Notes: a model not told the origin generated them from the sequence alone. 64,000 nt of DNA from an uncultured Bdellovibrionales bacterium (GCA_964413875.1 CAYPUA010000007.1:45139-109138), one strand, 5' to 3'. Counted from the stretch's first letter, positions 26,764 to 36,319 are shown. Made by a program: numbers and translations.

Positions 26764-28066
26764 CGTATTTGAGCGGGCTCAAGAAGCCGTTAGCCGCGCC
26801 AGCCGGTGCGAGTTGCGGGGCTGCGTCACAGAGGTGCGCGGACTGCTAATCGAGGGAACTGGACCGCAAGTTCCACTCGGGTCGCACGTCACGATTCGTA
26901 ATGGCACCCAGGCTGTTCCCGCTCAGGTGATCGGCTTCCGCCAAGACAAGGTTCTCTTTATGCCCTTTGGGGAGATGCAAGGCATAGCCCCAGGCTTCGC
27001 CATCACTGCCAGCGAGTCAAGCTGCCATGTGCGCGTCTCGCACGAGCTAAAGGGGAGGGTAATCGACGCCCTCGGAAACCCGCTCGATGGTCGGGCTCTG
27101 CCAGTGATGGAGCACTCAGTGCCGCTGTACCGCGAGCCCCCGAATCCTGTGACACGCCAGCGCATTGCCGCGCCGCTCGATATCGGCGTTAAGGCAATCA
27201 ATGGGCTCCTGACGATCGGGCAGGGGCAGCGAGTCGGAATAATGGCAGGCTCTGGAGTAGGCAAGTCGACCCTGCTCGGCATGATCGCGCAAAAAGCTAC
27301 CAGTGACGTGAACGTCATCGCTCTGGTAGGGGAGCGTGGGCGAGAGGTCCGTGAATTTATCGAGCGCGACCTCGGTCCAGAGGGCCTGGCTCGCTCGGTT
27401 TTGGTAGTTGCAACTGGCGACCAGTCAGCTCTGCTTCGAATTCGCGCTGCATTCCTTGCGACTGCGATCGCTGAGTTCTTCCGAGATGAGGGACTGAGCG
27501 TCACGCTCATGCTCGATTCCGTGACCCGTCTCGCTATGGCGCAGCGTGAAGTAGGCCTCGCCGCAGGCGAGCCACCTAGCACCCGTGGCTATACACCGTC
27601 AGTATTTGCGATGCTCCCGAAGCTGCTGGAACGCGCTGGAACGTGTGCCGGCAAGGGGAGCATCACGGGCCTCTACACAGTGCTCGTTGAAGGTGACGAC
27701 ATGAACGAGCCCGTTGCGGATGCCGTTCGCGGAATCCTCGATGGCCACATCGTACTGAGCCGTAAATTAGCCGGTCGCGGCCATTACCCCGCAATCGACC
27801 CGCTCCAGAGCATCTCTCGAGTAATGTCAGATATTGTCCACCCGGAAGTAACCAGGATGGCGAACGAGGTGCGCGAAATCTTGGCTTCCTACCAGGACGC
27901 TGAAGACCTCATCACCATCGGCGCCTACAAGCCTGGCCAGAACTCTCGTGTCGATCGCGCTGTGCAGAAGATCGAGAAGGTACAGGAGTTTCTCCGTCAG
28001 CGTACCGACGAGCGAGAGCCAATCGAGAAGTGCTGGCTTTCGATGGGGCAAATCCTTCAGGGGTAA
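26756..28066 (+). CDS. fliI: Flagellum-specific ATP synthase FliI.
   Basis: Walker A GSGVGKSTLLGMIA, Walker B, F1/T3SS ATPase fold. ATG overlaps the fliH stop. Confidence 0.85.
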   Translation: MSSVFERAQEAVSRASRCELRGCVTEVRGLLIEGTGPQVPLGSHVTIRNGTQAVPAQVIGFRQDKVLFMPFGEMQGIAPGFAITASESSCHVRVSHELKGRVIDALGNPLDGRALPVMEHSVPLYREPPNPVTRQRIAAPLDIGVKAINGLLTIGQGQRVGIMAGSGVGKSTLLGMIAQKATSDVNVIALVGERGREVREFIERDLGPEGLARSVLVVATGDQSALLRIRAAFLATAIAEFFRDEGLSVTLMLDSVTRLAMAQREVGLAAGEPPSTRGYTPSVFAMLPKLLERAGTCAGKGSITGLYTVLVEGDDMNEPVADAVRGILDGHIVLSRKLAGRGHYPAIDPLQSISRVMSDIVHPEVTRMANEVREILASYQDAEDLITIGAYKPGQNSRVDRAVQKIEKVQEFLRQRTDEREPIEKCWLSMGQILQG

Positions 28067-28069
28067 TGC

Positions 28070-28501
28070 ATGAAGCGTTTCCGCTTTCGGCTTCAGCGAA
28101 TTCTCGATATCCGGGAACAGATTCGTGACGAGCTGCGTCAAGAACTTGTCCGAAAGAACCTCGCGAGGGACCACGAGCTGCGTGTTTTGGCAGAGTTAGA
28201 GGAGGAGTCGTTGCGTGTCATGATCCAGGAGGGTGGCACGTATTCTGCATCGGAGCTGGTGATGTTTGGCGACTACCGCCTACGGCTCAAGGTTCGTATC
28301 GAAGAGCAGCAAGTAAGGGTGTCTGTCGCCGTGCAGGAGGCTGACGAGGCGAAGGCTCGGTACGTAGAGGCGAGCAAAGAAGCCAAAGCTCTTGAGATGT
28401 TGCGGCAGAAGAGGAAAGCCGAGCACGATGAGCAGGCTCTCAAAGAAGAGGGAGCCCAGCTTGATGAGTTAGCGGTGCAGCGCGCACCGCGCCCGAGTTG
28501 A
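28070..28501 (+). CDS. fliJ: Flagellar export protein FliJ.
   Basis: ~143-aa all-helical coiled-coil protein (MKRFRFRLQRILDIRE...) directly after fliI. Confidence 0.7.
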   Translation: MKRFRFRLQRILDIREQIRDELRQELVRKNLARDHELRVLAELEEESLRVMIQEGGTYSASELVMFGDYRLRLKVRIEEQQVRVSVAVQEADEAKARYVEASKEAKALEMLRQKRKAEHDEQALKEEGAQLDELAVQRAPRPS

Positions 28502-28513
28502 GGATTACAAGGT

Positions 28514-29263
28514 ATGGCTGAGAAGCGATTGAGCAAGCAAGAGGCCCAGGATCTGTACGATAACTTGCAGCGTGCCGTCGGCACCATGATGGCTAAAGGC
28601 AAGGCTGCAGAGGCGAAAGCTGCGGCAGCGAAGACAGCAGCCCCGAAGGCGGCTCCGCGCCCAAAAGCCACTTCTTCGCCAGCCGCGTCGCCAGCGTTGC
28701 CAAGAGTTCGGCGCAGTCGTGGGCTCTCGGGAGAGGCTCTTGCGATTATGACAATCGCCGTCTTCTGTTGTGCCAAGGTAACGCTCTCTGCACTTGAGGC
28801 GAGTGGTATCGCGTCAGCTCCGCCAGCAGAAGCTGCTGTTGTTGCACAGCCGCGTGGGCCGCAGTGGAGCAAGGAGGAGGTAAAAGTCTTAACCGCGCTC
28901 GACTCACGCCGCGTGCAGCTCGAGGAGCGAGCCTCTCGGCTCGAGCAGCGTGAAACCGAGGCTGCCAGCCGAGACCGAGACCTTGCGGTCAAACTCACTG
29001 AGCTCAAGGACTTAACTGAGCGTCTTAAAGCTGAGCGTGAGAAGGGTGAGAAACAGCGCGACACGCAGCTCGATCAGCTTGCAAACGTATACGGCTCCAT
29101 GAATCCGCCCGAGGCTGCTCACCTGCTTGAGCAGCTCGACATCCAGGTCGCCCTCTCGCTCGTAGAGAGGATGCCTGAGAAGCGTATGGGGCAGATCCTC
29201 TCCCTCATGAATGCCCAGCGGGCCCTGGAGCTGACTAACCTGCTCTCGAAGCGTCGCTCATAG
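28514..29263 (+). CDS. MgtE_N-domain flagellar protein (B. subtilis YlxF/MotE-like), with a membrane anchor and coiled coil.
   Basis: C-terminal MgtE_N/FliG-like motif MNPPEAAHLLEQLD...ERMPEKRMGQILSLMNAQRA. Syntenic with ylxF, which follows fliJ in Bacillus fla/che operons. Confidence 0.5.
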   Translation: MAEKRLSKQEAQDLYDNLQRAVGTMMAKGKAAEAKAAAAKTAAPKAAPRPKATSSPAASPALPRVRRSRGLSGEALAIMTIAVFCCAKVTLSALEASGIASAPPAEAAVVAQPRGPQWSKEEVKVLTALDSRRVQLEERASRLEQRETEAASRDRDLAVKLTELKDLTERLKAEREKGEKQRDTQLDQLANVYGSMNPPEAAHLLEQLDIQVALSLVERMPEKRMGQILSLMNAQRALELTNLLSKRRS

Positions 29264-29409
29264 TTCTCGGGAACAGGGCCCAGGCTCAGCCTACATACTC
29301 GAACGGAACGCCCGCTCACGCTCAAGATGTCCCCCGCGGTCTTTCATCGCGCGAGACTAGCTAGCGGAAAGTGGTGTAGAAGGATTCTGGCAGCAGCATC
29401 GTTAATGGG

Positions 29410-30417
29410 GTGGGGCTGCGCTATCCACGTATGACCGAATTTGACCCACAACGGATTCAAGAGAGCTTCTTCAGCCGCTACTGGCGTTGGGAGCTGTGTG
29501 CCGAAGACGGCTGTGCGGAGACGTGCAGCGAAGAGCTTGCGAAACGGCTGCCGCACATCGATCGCGCTTCCTGGCCCCAACGCTTTGCGCTGGGAGGGGT
29601 GTACGTGGGTGGTCGGCCGGTTTTGTCTGACTCTCCCGTAAATCCGCCGTGCAGGCTGGAGTACTACGAGCCAAAGTTTGACCCGCAGCGGGCAGCACAG
29701 TTTTATCCCCAATTCTCTCCCTCATGGATTCTGCTCGACCATTCGGACATCGGTGTTGCCTTCAAGCCAGCTGGGCTCCCGACAACCGCACCGCGCGACC
29801 AGCAGCAGTTCTACCTGCAGCGCTACCTTGAGCAGCACTACGCAGCGCCTGTCCACACGCCGTCGCGCCTCGACACCGCCGTTGCAGGATTGCTGCTCTT
29901 CTCGCGCTCAGCGCGCGGAAATCGGTGGTGCCAGAAGGCACAGGAGCGCCGCTTAGTTCGTAAGCTGTACCTGTGTGAGGTCTCGGGCGAGCCGCGAGCT
30001 GGGCAGACCAACGTCACGAGCCCCTTGGCCCGCGATGAGAGGCACCCTGTCCTGCGCCGAGTGGTTGAGACAGGGGGAGAAGATGCGTGGACACGAATCA
30101 CGCACCTCGGAGCGCTTAAGGTCTCAGGCCGGACGCTGCTTCAGGCTGAGCCTCTCACTGGCCGGACCCACCAGATACGGGTTCACTGCGCCTCTGAAGG
30201 GTGGCCTGTCGTGGGCGATCCGTTGTACGGCGGTCAGGAGGCTCCTGAGCTTCGTCTCGTTTCGTACGCCCTTGAGTTCTTTCATCCATTCCTGCAGCGG
30301 CAGATCTGGATACAACTACCGCTTGCCCTGCGGCCATCATGGATTCAAGATGCGGAGAAATACACCGCGCCGATTAGGCTTTCCGTAGACGGCTTGCATG
30401 AAAGCGATCCTCGTTGA
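29410..30417 (+). CDS. RluA-family pseudouridine synthase.
   Basis: Catalytic motifs HTPSRLDTAVAGLLLFS and GRTHQIRVH. Confidence 0.8.
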   Translation: MGLRYPRMTEFDPQRIQESFFSRYWRWELCAEDGCAETCSEELAKRLPHIDRASWPQRFALGGVYVGGRPVLSDSPVNPPCRLEYYEPKFDPQRAAQFYPQFSPSWILLDHSDIGVAFKPAGLPTTAPRDQQQFYLQRYLEQHYAAPVHTPSRLDTAVAGLLLFSRSARGNRWCQKAQERRLVRKLYLCEVSGEPRAGQTNVTSPLARDERHPVLRRVVETGGEDAWTRITHLGALKVSGRTLLQAEPLTGRTHQIRVHCASEGWPVVGDPLYGGQEAPELRLVSYALEFFHPFLQRQIWIQLPLALRPSWIQDAEKYTAPIRLSVDGLHESDPR

Positions 30418-31378
30418 CGAACACTCTCCCAACAAAGCGCTGGTAGTACGCGAGGTGCCCGATCCAGTCGTCGGTCCAGGCGAGATTGTAGTCGATGTAC
30501 TTGCTGCCGGAGTAAATCGTGCAGACCTTCTGCAACGAGCGGGGAAGTATCCGCCTCCGCCGGGGGCATCAACGGTGCTCGGGCTAGAGGTTTCAGGCAC
30601 AGTCGCGGCTCTGGGGCCCGGCGCAGAGGGGTTCGCCTTAGGCGACCGTGTTTGTGCGCTCCTCAGTGGAGGCGGATACGCCGAGCGGGTCGCCGTGCCT
30701 GCGGCTCACGCCATGAAGATCCCAGAGAAGATCTCGTTTGAGGCAGCGGCCGGAATTCCAGAGGCCTTTATCACCGCATTTCTTAATCTGTGCATCGAAG
30801 GTGAGATGAAGAGCGGAGAGCGGGTTCTCGTCCACGGCGGCTCGAGCGGGGTTGGAACTGCGGCGATACAGATTGCGAGAGCTTGGGGGGCGCGAGTGGC
30901 CTGCACTGTGGGCAACGACGAGAAGGCACGCCGCTGCCGTGAACTTGGAGCAGAGCTGACAGTTAATTACCGTTCGGAAGATTTCGTTGCGGCGTGTCGA
31001 ACATGGAGCAACGCAGGAGTCGAACTCATTCTTGATTGTGTCGGCGGCGGGTATGTATCTCGTGATCTTGAGCTCCTTGCGCCACTCGGACGGCTCGTAT
31101 TGATAGCCTCCGTAGGGGGAGCCGAGGGAAGCATTCACATCCCAACGCTCATGAGGAAGCGGGCGAAAATTATCGGCTCAGTGCTGCGAAGCCGCAGCAG
31201 CGGAGAGAAACGCGAAATTGTGGAGCGATTCTCGCGCGAGGTTATGCCGATGCTCGCGAGCGGAGCGATGCAGGTTGTGATCGACTCTCGCTATGCGCTA
31301 GCAGAAGCGGAGAAAGCGCACGAGCGCCTCGAGAGCAGCAATCACGTCGGGAAAGTAATCTTGCAGGTTCGAGGATAG
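30398..31378 (+). CDS. NADPH:quinone oxidoreductase (zeta-crystallin/Qor-type MDR family).
   Basis: MKAILV...GEIVVDVLAAGVNRADLLQRAGKYPPPPG signature; GGSSGVGTAAIQIA cofactor motif. Confidence 0.8.
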   Translation: MKAILVDEHSPNKALVVREVPDPVVGPGEIVVDVLAAGVNRADLLQRAGKYPPPPGASTVLGLEVSGTVAALGPGAEGFALGDRVCALLSGGGYAERVAVPAAHAMKIPEKISFEAAAGIPEAFITAFLNLCIEGEMKSGERVLVHGGSSGVGTAAIQIARAWGARVACTVGNDEKARRCRELGAELTVNYRSEDFVAACRTWSNAGVELILDCVGGGYVSRDLELLAPLGRLVLIASVGGAEGSIHIPTLMRKRAKIIGSVLRSRSSGEKREIVERFSREVMPMLASGAMQVVIDSRYALAEAEKAHERLESSNHVGKVILQVRG

Positions 31379-31393
31379 CCGGTGGAGAAGCGG

Positions 31394-31900
31394 CTACTTC
31401 TTGCCGAGCACCATCGAGAAGAACTCAGCGATCGAGCTTGAGAGTGACTGGTGTGAAGACTTCACCAGGCGCTCAAGCTCACGTGCGTCGAGCCAGATGC
31501 CGTGAGAGGTCGGACAGCGGTCTACCGTGATTCCAAGAACCTTCTCCTGGTGCATCGGCTCACCCGAAACGGGGCTCTTGAGCCCCTCCGTGACCGCACT
31601 TGAGCCTGGCTTAAGGGTAGGGAGGGTGCCCACGAAGTCTCCAAGTGAAGCCTTGCTGTCTTTCGCTGCCGCGATGATCTGCTCCAGCTCGCCGTTGTCG
31701 AGCCAGATGCCGCCAGAGTCAACGCAGCGGTCAACTACCGTGCCCATGATCGTTATCTGCTCCATGGGCTTGCCGGTGTTCGGGCTGAGCCGCGCAGGCT
31801 GCGTGCGCTTAAGGGCGAGGCGGGCCATAGCCTGCTTATTTAGGCTCTCAAAGTACCCCTCTTCCTGGGCTCGACGCCGCTCATCCCATGAATCGCTCAT
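31394..31900 (-). CDS. Hypothetical protein with two tandem degenerate zinc-ribbon (zf-TFIIB-like) repeats.
   Basis: Two copies of S/KP..G.PM....G..VDRC..S.GIWLD..ELE. Each retains only one of the four expected Cys ligands. Confidence 0.4.
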   Translation of the reverse strand: MSDSWDERRRAQEEGYFESLNKQAMARLALKRTQPARLSPNTGKPMEQITIMGTVVDRCVDSGGIWLDNGELEQIIAAAKDSKASLGDFVGTLPTLKPGSSAVTEGLKSPVSGEPMHQEKVLGITVDRCPTSHGIWLDARELERLVKSSHQSLSSSIAEFFSMVLGKK

Positions 31901-32054
31901 ATTAACCTCTCTTCGGTTGCCGTGGATAAATGTCCGGGGATTCTAACTAAAACGATACGGTCTCTACAACACTGATGAAGCTCCTGCCACAAATACCCCT
32001 CGCCCAGATATTTGACTTTTTATCCGGTCTGAAGTACTTCCCCTGGTCCTGCTT

Positions 32055-32131
32055 GCGGGTGTAGCTCAGTTGGCTAGAGCGCTTCCTTGCCAAGGAAGAG
32101 GTCGAGAGTTCGAATCTCTTCACCCGCTCCA
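32055..32131 (+). tRNA. tRNA-Gly (anticodon GCC).
   Basis: Cloverleaf: acceptor GCGGGTG/CACCCGC; anticodon loop TTGCCAA; T-arm GGTCGAGAGTTCGAATCTCTTC; encoded CCA. Followed by a T-run. Confidence 0.85.
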
Positions 32132-32144
32132 TATTTTTTCCTAT

Positions 32145-32175
32145 CCGAACTTGGCTTCGCCAAGATTCGGATGCT
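32145..32175 (+). repeat. Hairpin-forming repeat, copy 1 (CCGAACTTGGCTTCGCCAAGATTCGGATGCT), in the inter-tRNA spacer.
   Basis: 11-bp stem with one bulged A and a TTC loop. Duplicated ~130 bp downstream. Confidence 0.5.
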
Positions 32176-32274
32176 CGCCTCGCCGGAGCTGGTGTCAAGG
32201 CAGTTGCTGTCAGGAGCCGGAAGCGGAGGCGGGACGGGCAGGGGCTTTGCCCCTGCACCCCGGAGCAGTTCCTA

Positions 32275-32306
32275 CCGGAACTTGGCTTCGCCAAGATTCG
32301 GATGCT
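32275..32306 (+). repeat. Hairpin-forming repeat, copy 2 (29/29 core identity to copy 1).
   Basis: The core GAACTTGGCTTCGCCAAGATTCGGATGCT is identical. The flanks (CGCCTCGCCG vs TGGCTCGGCCG) are similar. Confidence 0.5.
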
Positions 32307-32379
32307 TGGCTCGGCCGCGGATGCGTAGGCTGAGCAGCAGCATGGGCGCCATGGGTCAGAGATCGTAGTAGTTGCATCA

Positions 32380-32455
32380 GCGGGTGTAACTCAGTTGGTA
32401 GAGTACTTGCTTCCCAAGCAAGATGCCGCGGGTTCGAGCCCCGTCGCCCGCTCCA
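32380..32455 (+). tRNA. tRNA-Gly (anticodon CCC).
   Basis: Acceptor GCGGGTG/CGCCCGC (one G-U pair); anticodon loop TTCCCAA; T-arm GGGTTCGAGCCCCG; encoded CCA and a T-run. Confidence 0.85.
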
Positions 32456-32677
32456 TTTTTCTCCCAATAGCCATACCAGTTCGCTGTTTTCTTTCTAAGG
32501 AGCGCTGCTTGCGTCAGCGACCTGCTTTCCGGTGGCCGACGATGAAACGGTGCCGCTGGGGCGGAGGATATTTATTCGGCTCGTGTGTAGAGACGCTCTT
32601 CTTCGAGGCAGGACCCCGCGAAAGAAACATTGTAAGTTTGCTTCCGGAGAGTCAGGTCGCCACGCTTTCTCGGCCTT

Positions 32678-33031
32678 TTAGTCAGCTTTCCTGTCTACTC
32701 CCGTGCTGATGCCAAGCACTATGATACAGGATATCCACCCGAGGCTGACCATCTGACGCTGGAAAAGAGTTTGTTGGTTTTCAATATCTCCGGTTATCGG
32801 AAGGATAATCCAGAGAAACGCGAGCGCAGCCGCATGTAGGATTAGCAATCCTACGATTGGCCAGAACACACGCCGAATCAGGCTCTTTAGCCTGTTCTCG
32901 AACCGTTTCAAGCTCTGTTTCAACATACTCATGGCTGCCGATCCTCCAAAAAAAAGACACTTTAGAACCTTCAACGCAAAGGTCCTTCCTCGGAGAAGAG
33001 CAACGGGTACCCACACGTGATTACCCATCAT
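32678..33031 (-). CDS. Hypothetical small membrane protein. The start is possibly at the internal MSMLKQ.
   Basis: ORF with two predicted transmembrane helices (FWPIVGLLILHAAALAFLWIIL; LGWISCIIVLGI). No family assignment. Confidence 0.3.
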   Translation of the reverse strand: MMGNHVWVPVALLRGRTFALKVLKCLFFGGSAAMSMLKQSLKRFENRLKSLIRRVFWPIVGLLILHAAALAFLWIILPITGDIENQQTLFQRQMVSLGWISCIIVLGISTGVDRKAD

Positions 33032-33135
33032 TAAACAGTGTACGCTCCTGGCCAGCGCTACTCAAAGTAACGGCCAGGTAGCTAAAAACCGTGGTTATTT
33101 GGCTGTTTTAGCGGGCTGCGAGTCGACTGAAGAGG

Positions 33136-34242
33136 CTATTGATTAGGCTGCCGAGAGGGCTCGCTTGGCTCACACAGGGCCGTGATCTTGTGCGCAACAT
33201 CCCGCCACTGAAAGCGTTGCTTGGACCACGAAGCGGCTGCCTCTGACATAAGGGCTAGGCGCTGTGGGTCAGAGAGCAGCCCATCGAGCGTTGCTCTTAG
33301 CGCCTCCTGAGACACTTCATCGACGACACAGCCGGTGCTGTTGTGCGCAATACCCTCAGGGAGCCCGCCGACGCGGAATGCGACGACAGGGGTGCCGCAC
33401 GCCTGCGCTTCGAGAGACGTCAGCGGATACGGATCAAACCAGATAGAGGGCACAACACAGATCCCAGCTTCGCCGAGGGTGCCGGCGATCTGCTGTTGGC
33501 TGGCTTTGCCATGGAACGTGATTCCCGGAACTGCGCGCTTAATCTGATCTACATTCAGGTACTCCTCACGCGACCAGAGGGAGGAGCTGCCAAAGATGTC
33601 TAGCTGCAATTCAGGGAATTTCTGCTTCAGCTCAATAAAGGCTCCGAGCAGCAAGTGGAGCCCCTTGTCTGGCACCAGAGCCCCTGAAAAGACCAATTTC
33701 CGCGGGTTGTGGCGATCGGGTGGACGAGGCTCGAAGATCCCGAAGTCGACCCCGTTGTGAATAACGTGCATGCGGTGGAGTGGCGCGCCCTCTGCAGCGA
33801 GCTTCTCGCGCTGAGCATGTGATACGCACAGGATGTGGTCACACACATGCTCCAGAAGCTCAGGGCGCAGGCCACAGTCTCCTGCACTTCGGTCGTGGGT
33901 AATCAGCACCCGCTTTACGCACTGCGGGCTGCGGCGTGAGAGAAGCAGTGCAAAAGCCTTTCCGGCTGCTAGCAGAACGTAGGGACCCTGCGCCTCGGCC
34001 CACTCAATAGCGCGCTCAATCTCGTAGGCGGGCCCAAGGTCAATGAAGTGCACCCCGCCATCGTCCTGGATGGGCTGTTTCAGTCGTGCAGCCACACAGA
34101 CTCGCCTGCCAGACTGCGCAATCGCGCGCGCCTGGTTAAGGGTCGCCATCTCCGCGCCGCTGTTCGGTCCGAGCGGGTCGAGTGGGTGGTCGCTGTGGAC
34201 CAGTAGGTACAGGGGGCTGTGCTTTGCGCGGCTTGCACTCAT
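33136..34242 (-). CDS. Family 4 glycosyltransferase (GT4, GT-B fold).
   Basis: C-terminal Glycos_transf_1 motif VVPSIWFDPYPLTSLEAQACGTPVVAFRVGGLPE. Confidence 0.75.
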   Translation of the reverse strand: MSASRAKHSPLYLLVHSDHPLDPLGPNSGAEMATLNQARAIAQSGRRVCVAARLKQPIQDDGGVHFIDLGPAYEIERAIEWAEAQGPYVLLAAGKAFALLLSRRSPQCVKRVLITHDRSAGDCGLRPELLEHVCDHILCVSHAQREKLAAEGAPLHRMHVIHNGVDFGIFEPRPPDRHNPRKLVFSGALVPDKGLHLLLGAFIELKQKFPELQLDIFGSSSLWSREEYLNVDQIKRAVPGITFHGKASQQQIAGTLGEAGICVVPSIWFDPYPLTSLEAQACGTPVVAFRVGGLPEGIAHNSTGCVVDEVSQEALRATLDGLLSDPQRLALMSEAAASWSKQRFQWRDVAHKITALCEPSEPSRQPNQ

Positions 34243-34386
34243 GGTTAACGTGTTAGGATGACTCGACTTGCCCCAAAGTTTCCGGGTCTAGCAACCTATG
34301 CGGAACGCTAAGGTGATGAGATCCTGAGAGATTTCCCGAAGCCCTCAACGAGAGGCCACCATCTAAAGGGCAACAAGAGAACCGCT

Positions 34387-35481
34387 ATGACCAATACCCT
34401 CGCACAGGAGCTCGGATCGGCAACGCCCAAAGTGAGCGTGATTATGCCGCTCTACAACAAGGCATCTTTCGTGCGCGAGGGGATTGAGAGCGTTTTGAAG
34501 CAGGGGTATGCGAACCTGGAGATCCTCATTCGCGATGACGGCAGCACAGACGCGTCGAGAGAAGTGGTGCAAGCCATCATCGACGAGAATCCGGAGGCAG
34601 AGATTCATTTCTTCAGCGGCGAAAACCGCGGAGTCTCCTTCGGAAGAAACTTCTTGATAGAGAAGGCGACGAGCCCTGTGCTCGTCTTGCAAGATCCAGA
34701 TGACATCATGCTGCCGGGTTTTGTTGCTGAGGCGATCAAGGCGATGCGAGCGACTGGCGCCCGAATCGTTTACAGCGATGTGGATGTCTTCGGGGTTCAG
34801 GAGACGCACTGGCAGCCTCCACCCTTCGATCCGTTCGGCATCCGCTACGGCAACTGCCTAGCCTCGTTCTCCATGCTCGACCGAGAGCTGTGGCGCGCGG
34901 CAGGCGGGTTCAACGAGGCTCTGCCCTTTAACGAAGACTGGAGCTTCTTCATGCGCGCGAGCCTTGAAGGGCCGGTCGTTCATCGTCTTGATAAGCCTTA
35001 CTTCCGCTACAGGCAAACTGAGAGTGGGCTGTACCACTCCTTCGTATACGGCAACTGGTCGCACAACCTCCACCTGGTGATGGTTGCCAACCCGGACCTC
35101 TACGCTGTCGAAGAGGTGCTTGAGGCTGCCCGTCGTTTGCGTGAGATGCCAGCCCAGTGGCCGGCGAAATTTGCGGCGCTCTCCGAGCGAAATCCCGCCA
35201 ACCCGCTGCCGCGTTTGGTACGCGCCATCGCCGCGCTGCACGACAATGACCCTGCGACTGCGCGCGCGCTTCTTGAGCAGGCGATCCCGATGGGAGGCAA
35301 GCGCGAGTGGTTGTCGATAGTGCTACTGGCAGAGATCGTTGAGAGCGCAGAACCGCAGCTAGCTTTGAGCCTCTACCACCACGCGCGCATCCGTCGGCCT
35401 GATCTTACCAGGGTGGTAAACTCCAGGATCGACCATTTGCTTGGCCAGATTCGTTCCTCCGACTCGGATTCAAGGCGGTGA
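34387..35481 (+). CDS. Family 2 glycosyltransferase with a C-terminal helical (TPR-like) extension.
   Basis: GT-A N-terminus VSVIMPLYNKASFVREGIESVLKQ, DDGSTD and a DxD-like DPDD. Confidence 0.7.
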   Translation: MTNTLAQELGSATPKVSVIMPLYNKASFVREGIESVLKQGYANLEILIRDDGSTDASREVVQAIIDENPEAEIHFFSGENRGVSFGRNFLIEKATSPVLVLQDPDDIMLPGFVAEAIKAMRATGARIVYSDVDVFGVQETHWQPPPFDPFGIRYGNCLASFSMLDRELWRAAGGFNEALPFNEDWSFFMRASLEGPVVHRLDKPYFRYRQTESGLYHSFVYGNWSHNLHLVMVANPDLYAVEEVLEAARRLREMPAQWPAKFAALSERNPANPLPRLVRAIAALHDNDPATARALLEQAIPMGGKREWLSIVLLAEIVESAEPQLALSLYHHARIRRPDLTRVVNSRIDHLLGQIRSSDSDSRR

Positions 35482-35561
35482 TCTAGGTCGGTCTGGCGCC
35501 TAGCGCCGCACGTGCTACACTCCCTCCTCATTCGTTTCAGCTCTCACGTTAGGAGCCCTAC

Positions 35562-36296
35562 ATGCTACCGCGCCTCGCTGCCCCGCTTCTTGCCATCGCT
35601 ACCCTAGCCACCGTGCTGCCTCTCTCAACTCAGCAAGCTGAGGCGCAGATGAGCGTGTTCACCTGTCCGGGCGGTCGCATGCTCTCGGTGGCTGAGGGCA
35701 AGGAGCTGCTGCAGAAGGTTCAGGTTCGGTACGCGGGGCTTGATTCGATGTCGGGCACCTTCCGCCAAGAGTCGTACGTGGCAGCGCTCGATGAGGGTGA
35801 GGCCAGCTCGGGCGAGATGGTGTTCGCGAAGCCGGGCCGGATGCGCTGGACGTATAGGGTGCCGCGGGAGCAGGAGGTTGTCATTCGCGAGCGCGAGCTG
35901 TGGCTCTACCAGGTCGACAAACGCCAAGTGATGATCGACGACATCGGGAACGTCTTGCTCTCTAATTTGCCGGTGTCCTTCATGATGGGTATCGGTGACC
36001 TAGCCCGGGATTTCGAGCTGAGGGGCGCCTGCCGCACCCCGGAGGGGGTCGTTTTGAATCTGGTGCCCCAAAAGGCTCGGGCCTCTACCGACAAAACTCA
36101 GGAGCTAGAGGGCTTCCAGCTGCTGGTGGACGAGGGACAAAAGCTCCCAAAAGGGGCTAAAATCACCTCCTTAGGTGGTAATGTGACGGCGATTGTCTTT
36201 GAAAATCTGAAGGTTGGCTCCACGCAGGTTGAGGAGCGCCGATTTGTTTTAGACCTCCCAAAAGGTGTAGATGTAATGGATCGGCGCCTGCAGTAG
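35562..36296 (+). CDS. LolA-like outer-membrane lipoprotein carrier / LolA-fold periplasmic protein.
   Basis: Signal peptide. LolA-like motifs GTFRQESY, KPGRMRWTY, LWLYQVDKRQVMID. Confidence 0.6.
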   Translation: MLPRLAAPLLAIATLATVLPLSTQQAEAQMSVFTCPGGRMLSVAEGKELLQKVQVRYAGLDSMSGTFRQESYVAALDEGEASSGEMVFAKPGRMRWTYRVPREQEVVIRERELWLYQVDKRQVMIDDIGNVLLSNLPVSFMMGIGDLARDFELRGACRTPEGVVLNLVPQKARASTDKTQELEGFQLLVDEGQKLPKGAKITSLGGNVTAIVFENLKVGSTQVEERRFVLDLPKGVDVMDRRLQ

Positions 36297-36319
36297 GCCC
36301 GTCTCGTCTCACCTGAAGT

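Noticed and set aside
32210-32467. Minus-strand ORFs overlapping the tRNA-Gly genes and their spacer.
   Set aside because: They overlap two well-formed tRNA cloverleaves and a repeat region. Their translations are Pro/Arg/Ser-rich artefacts.
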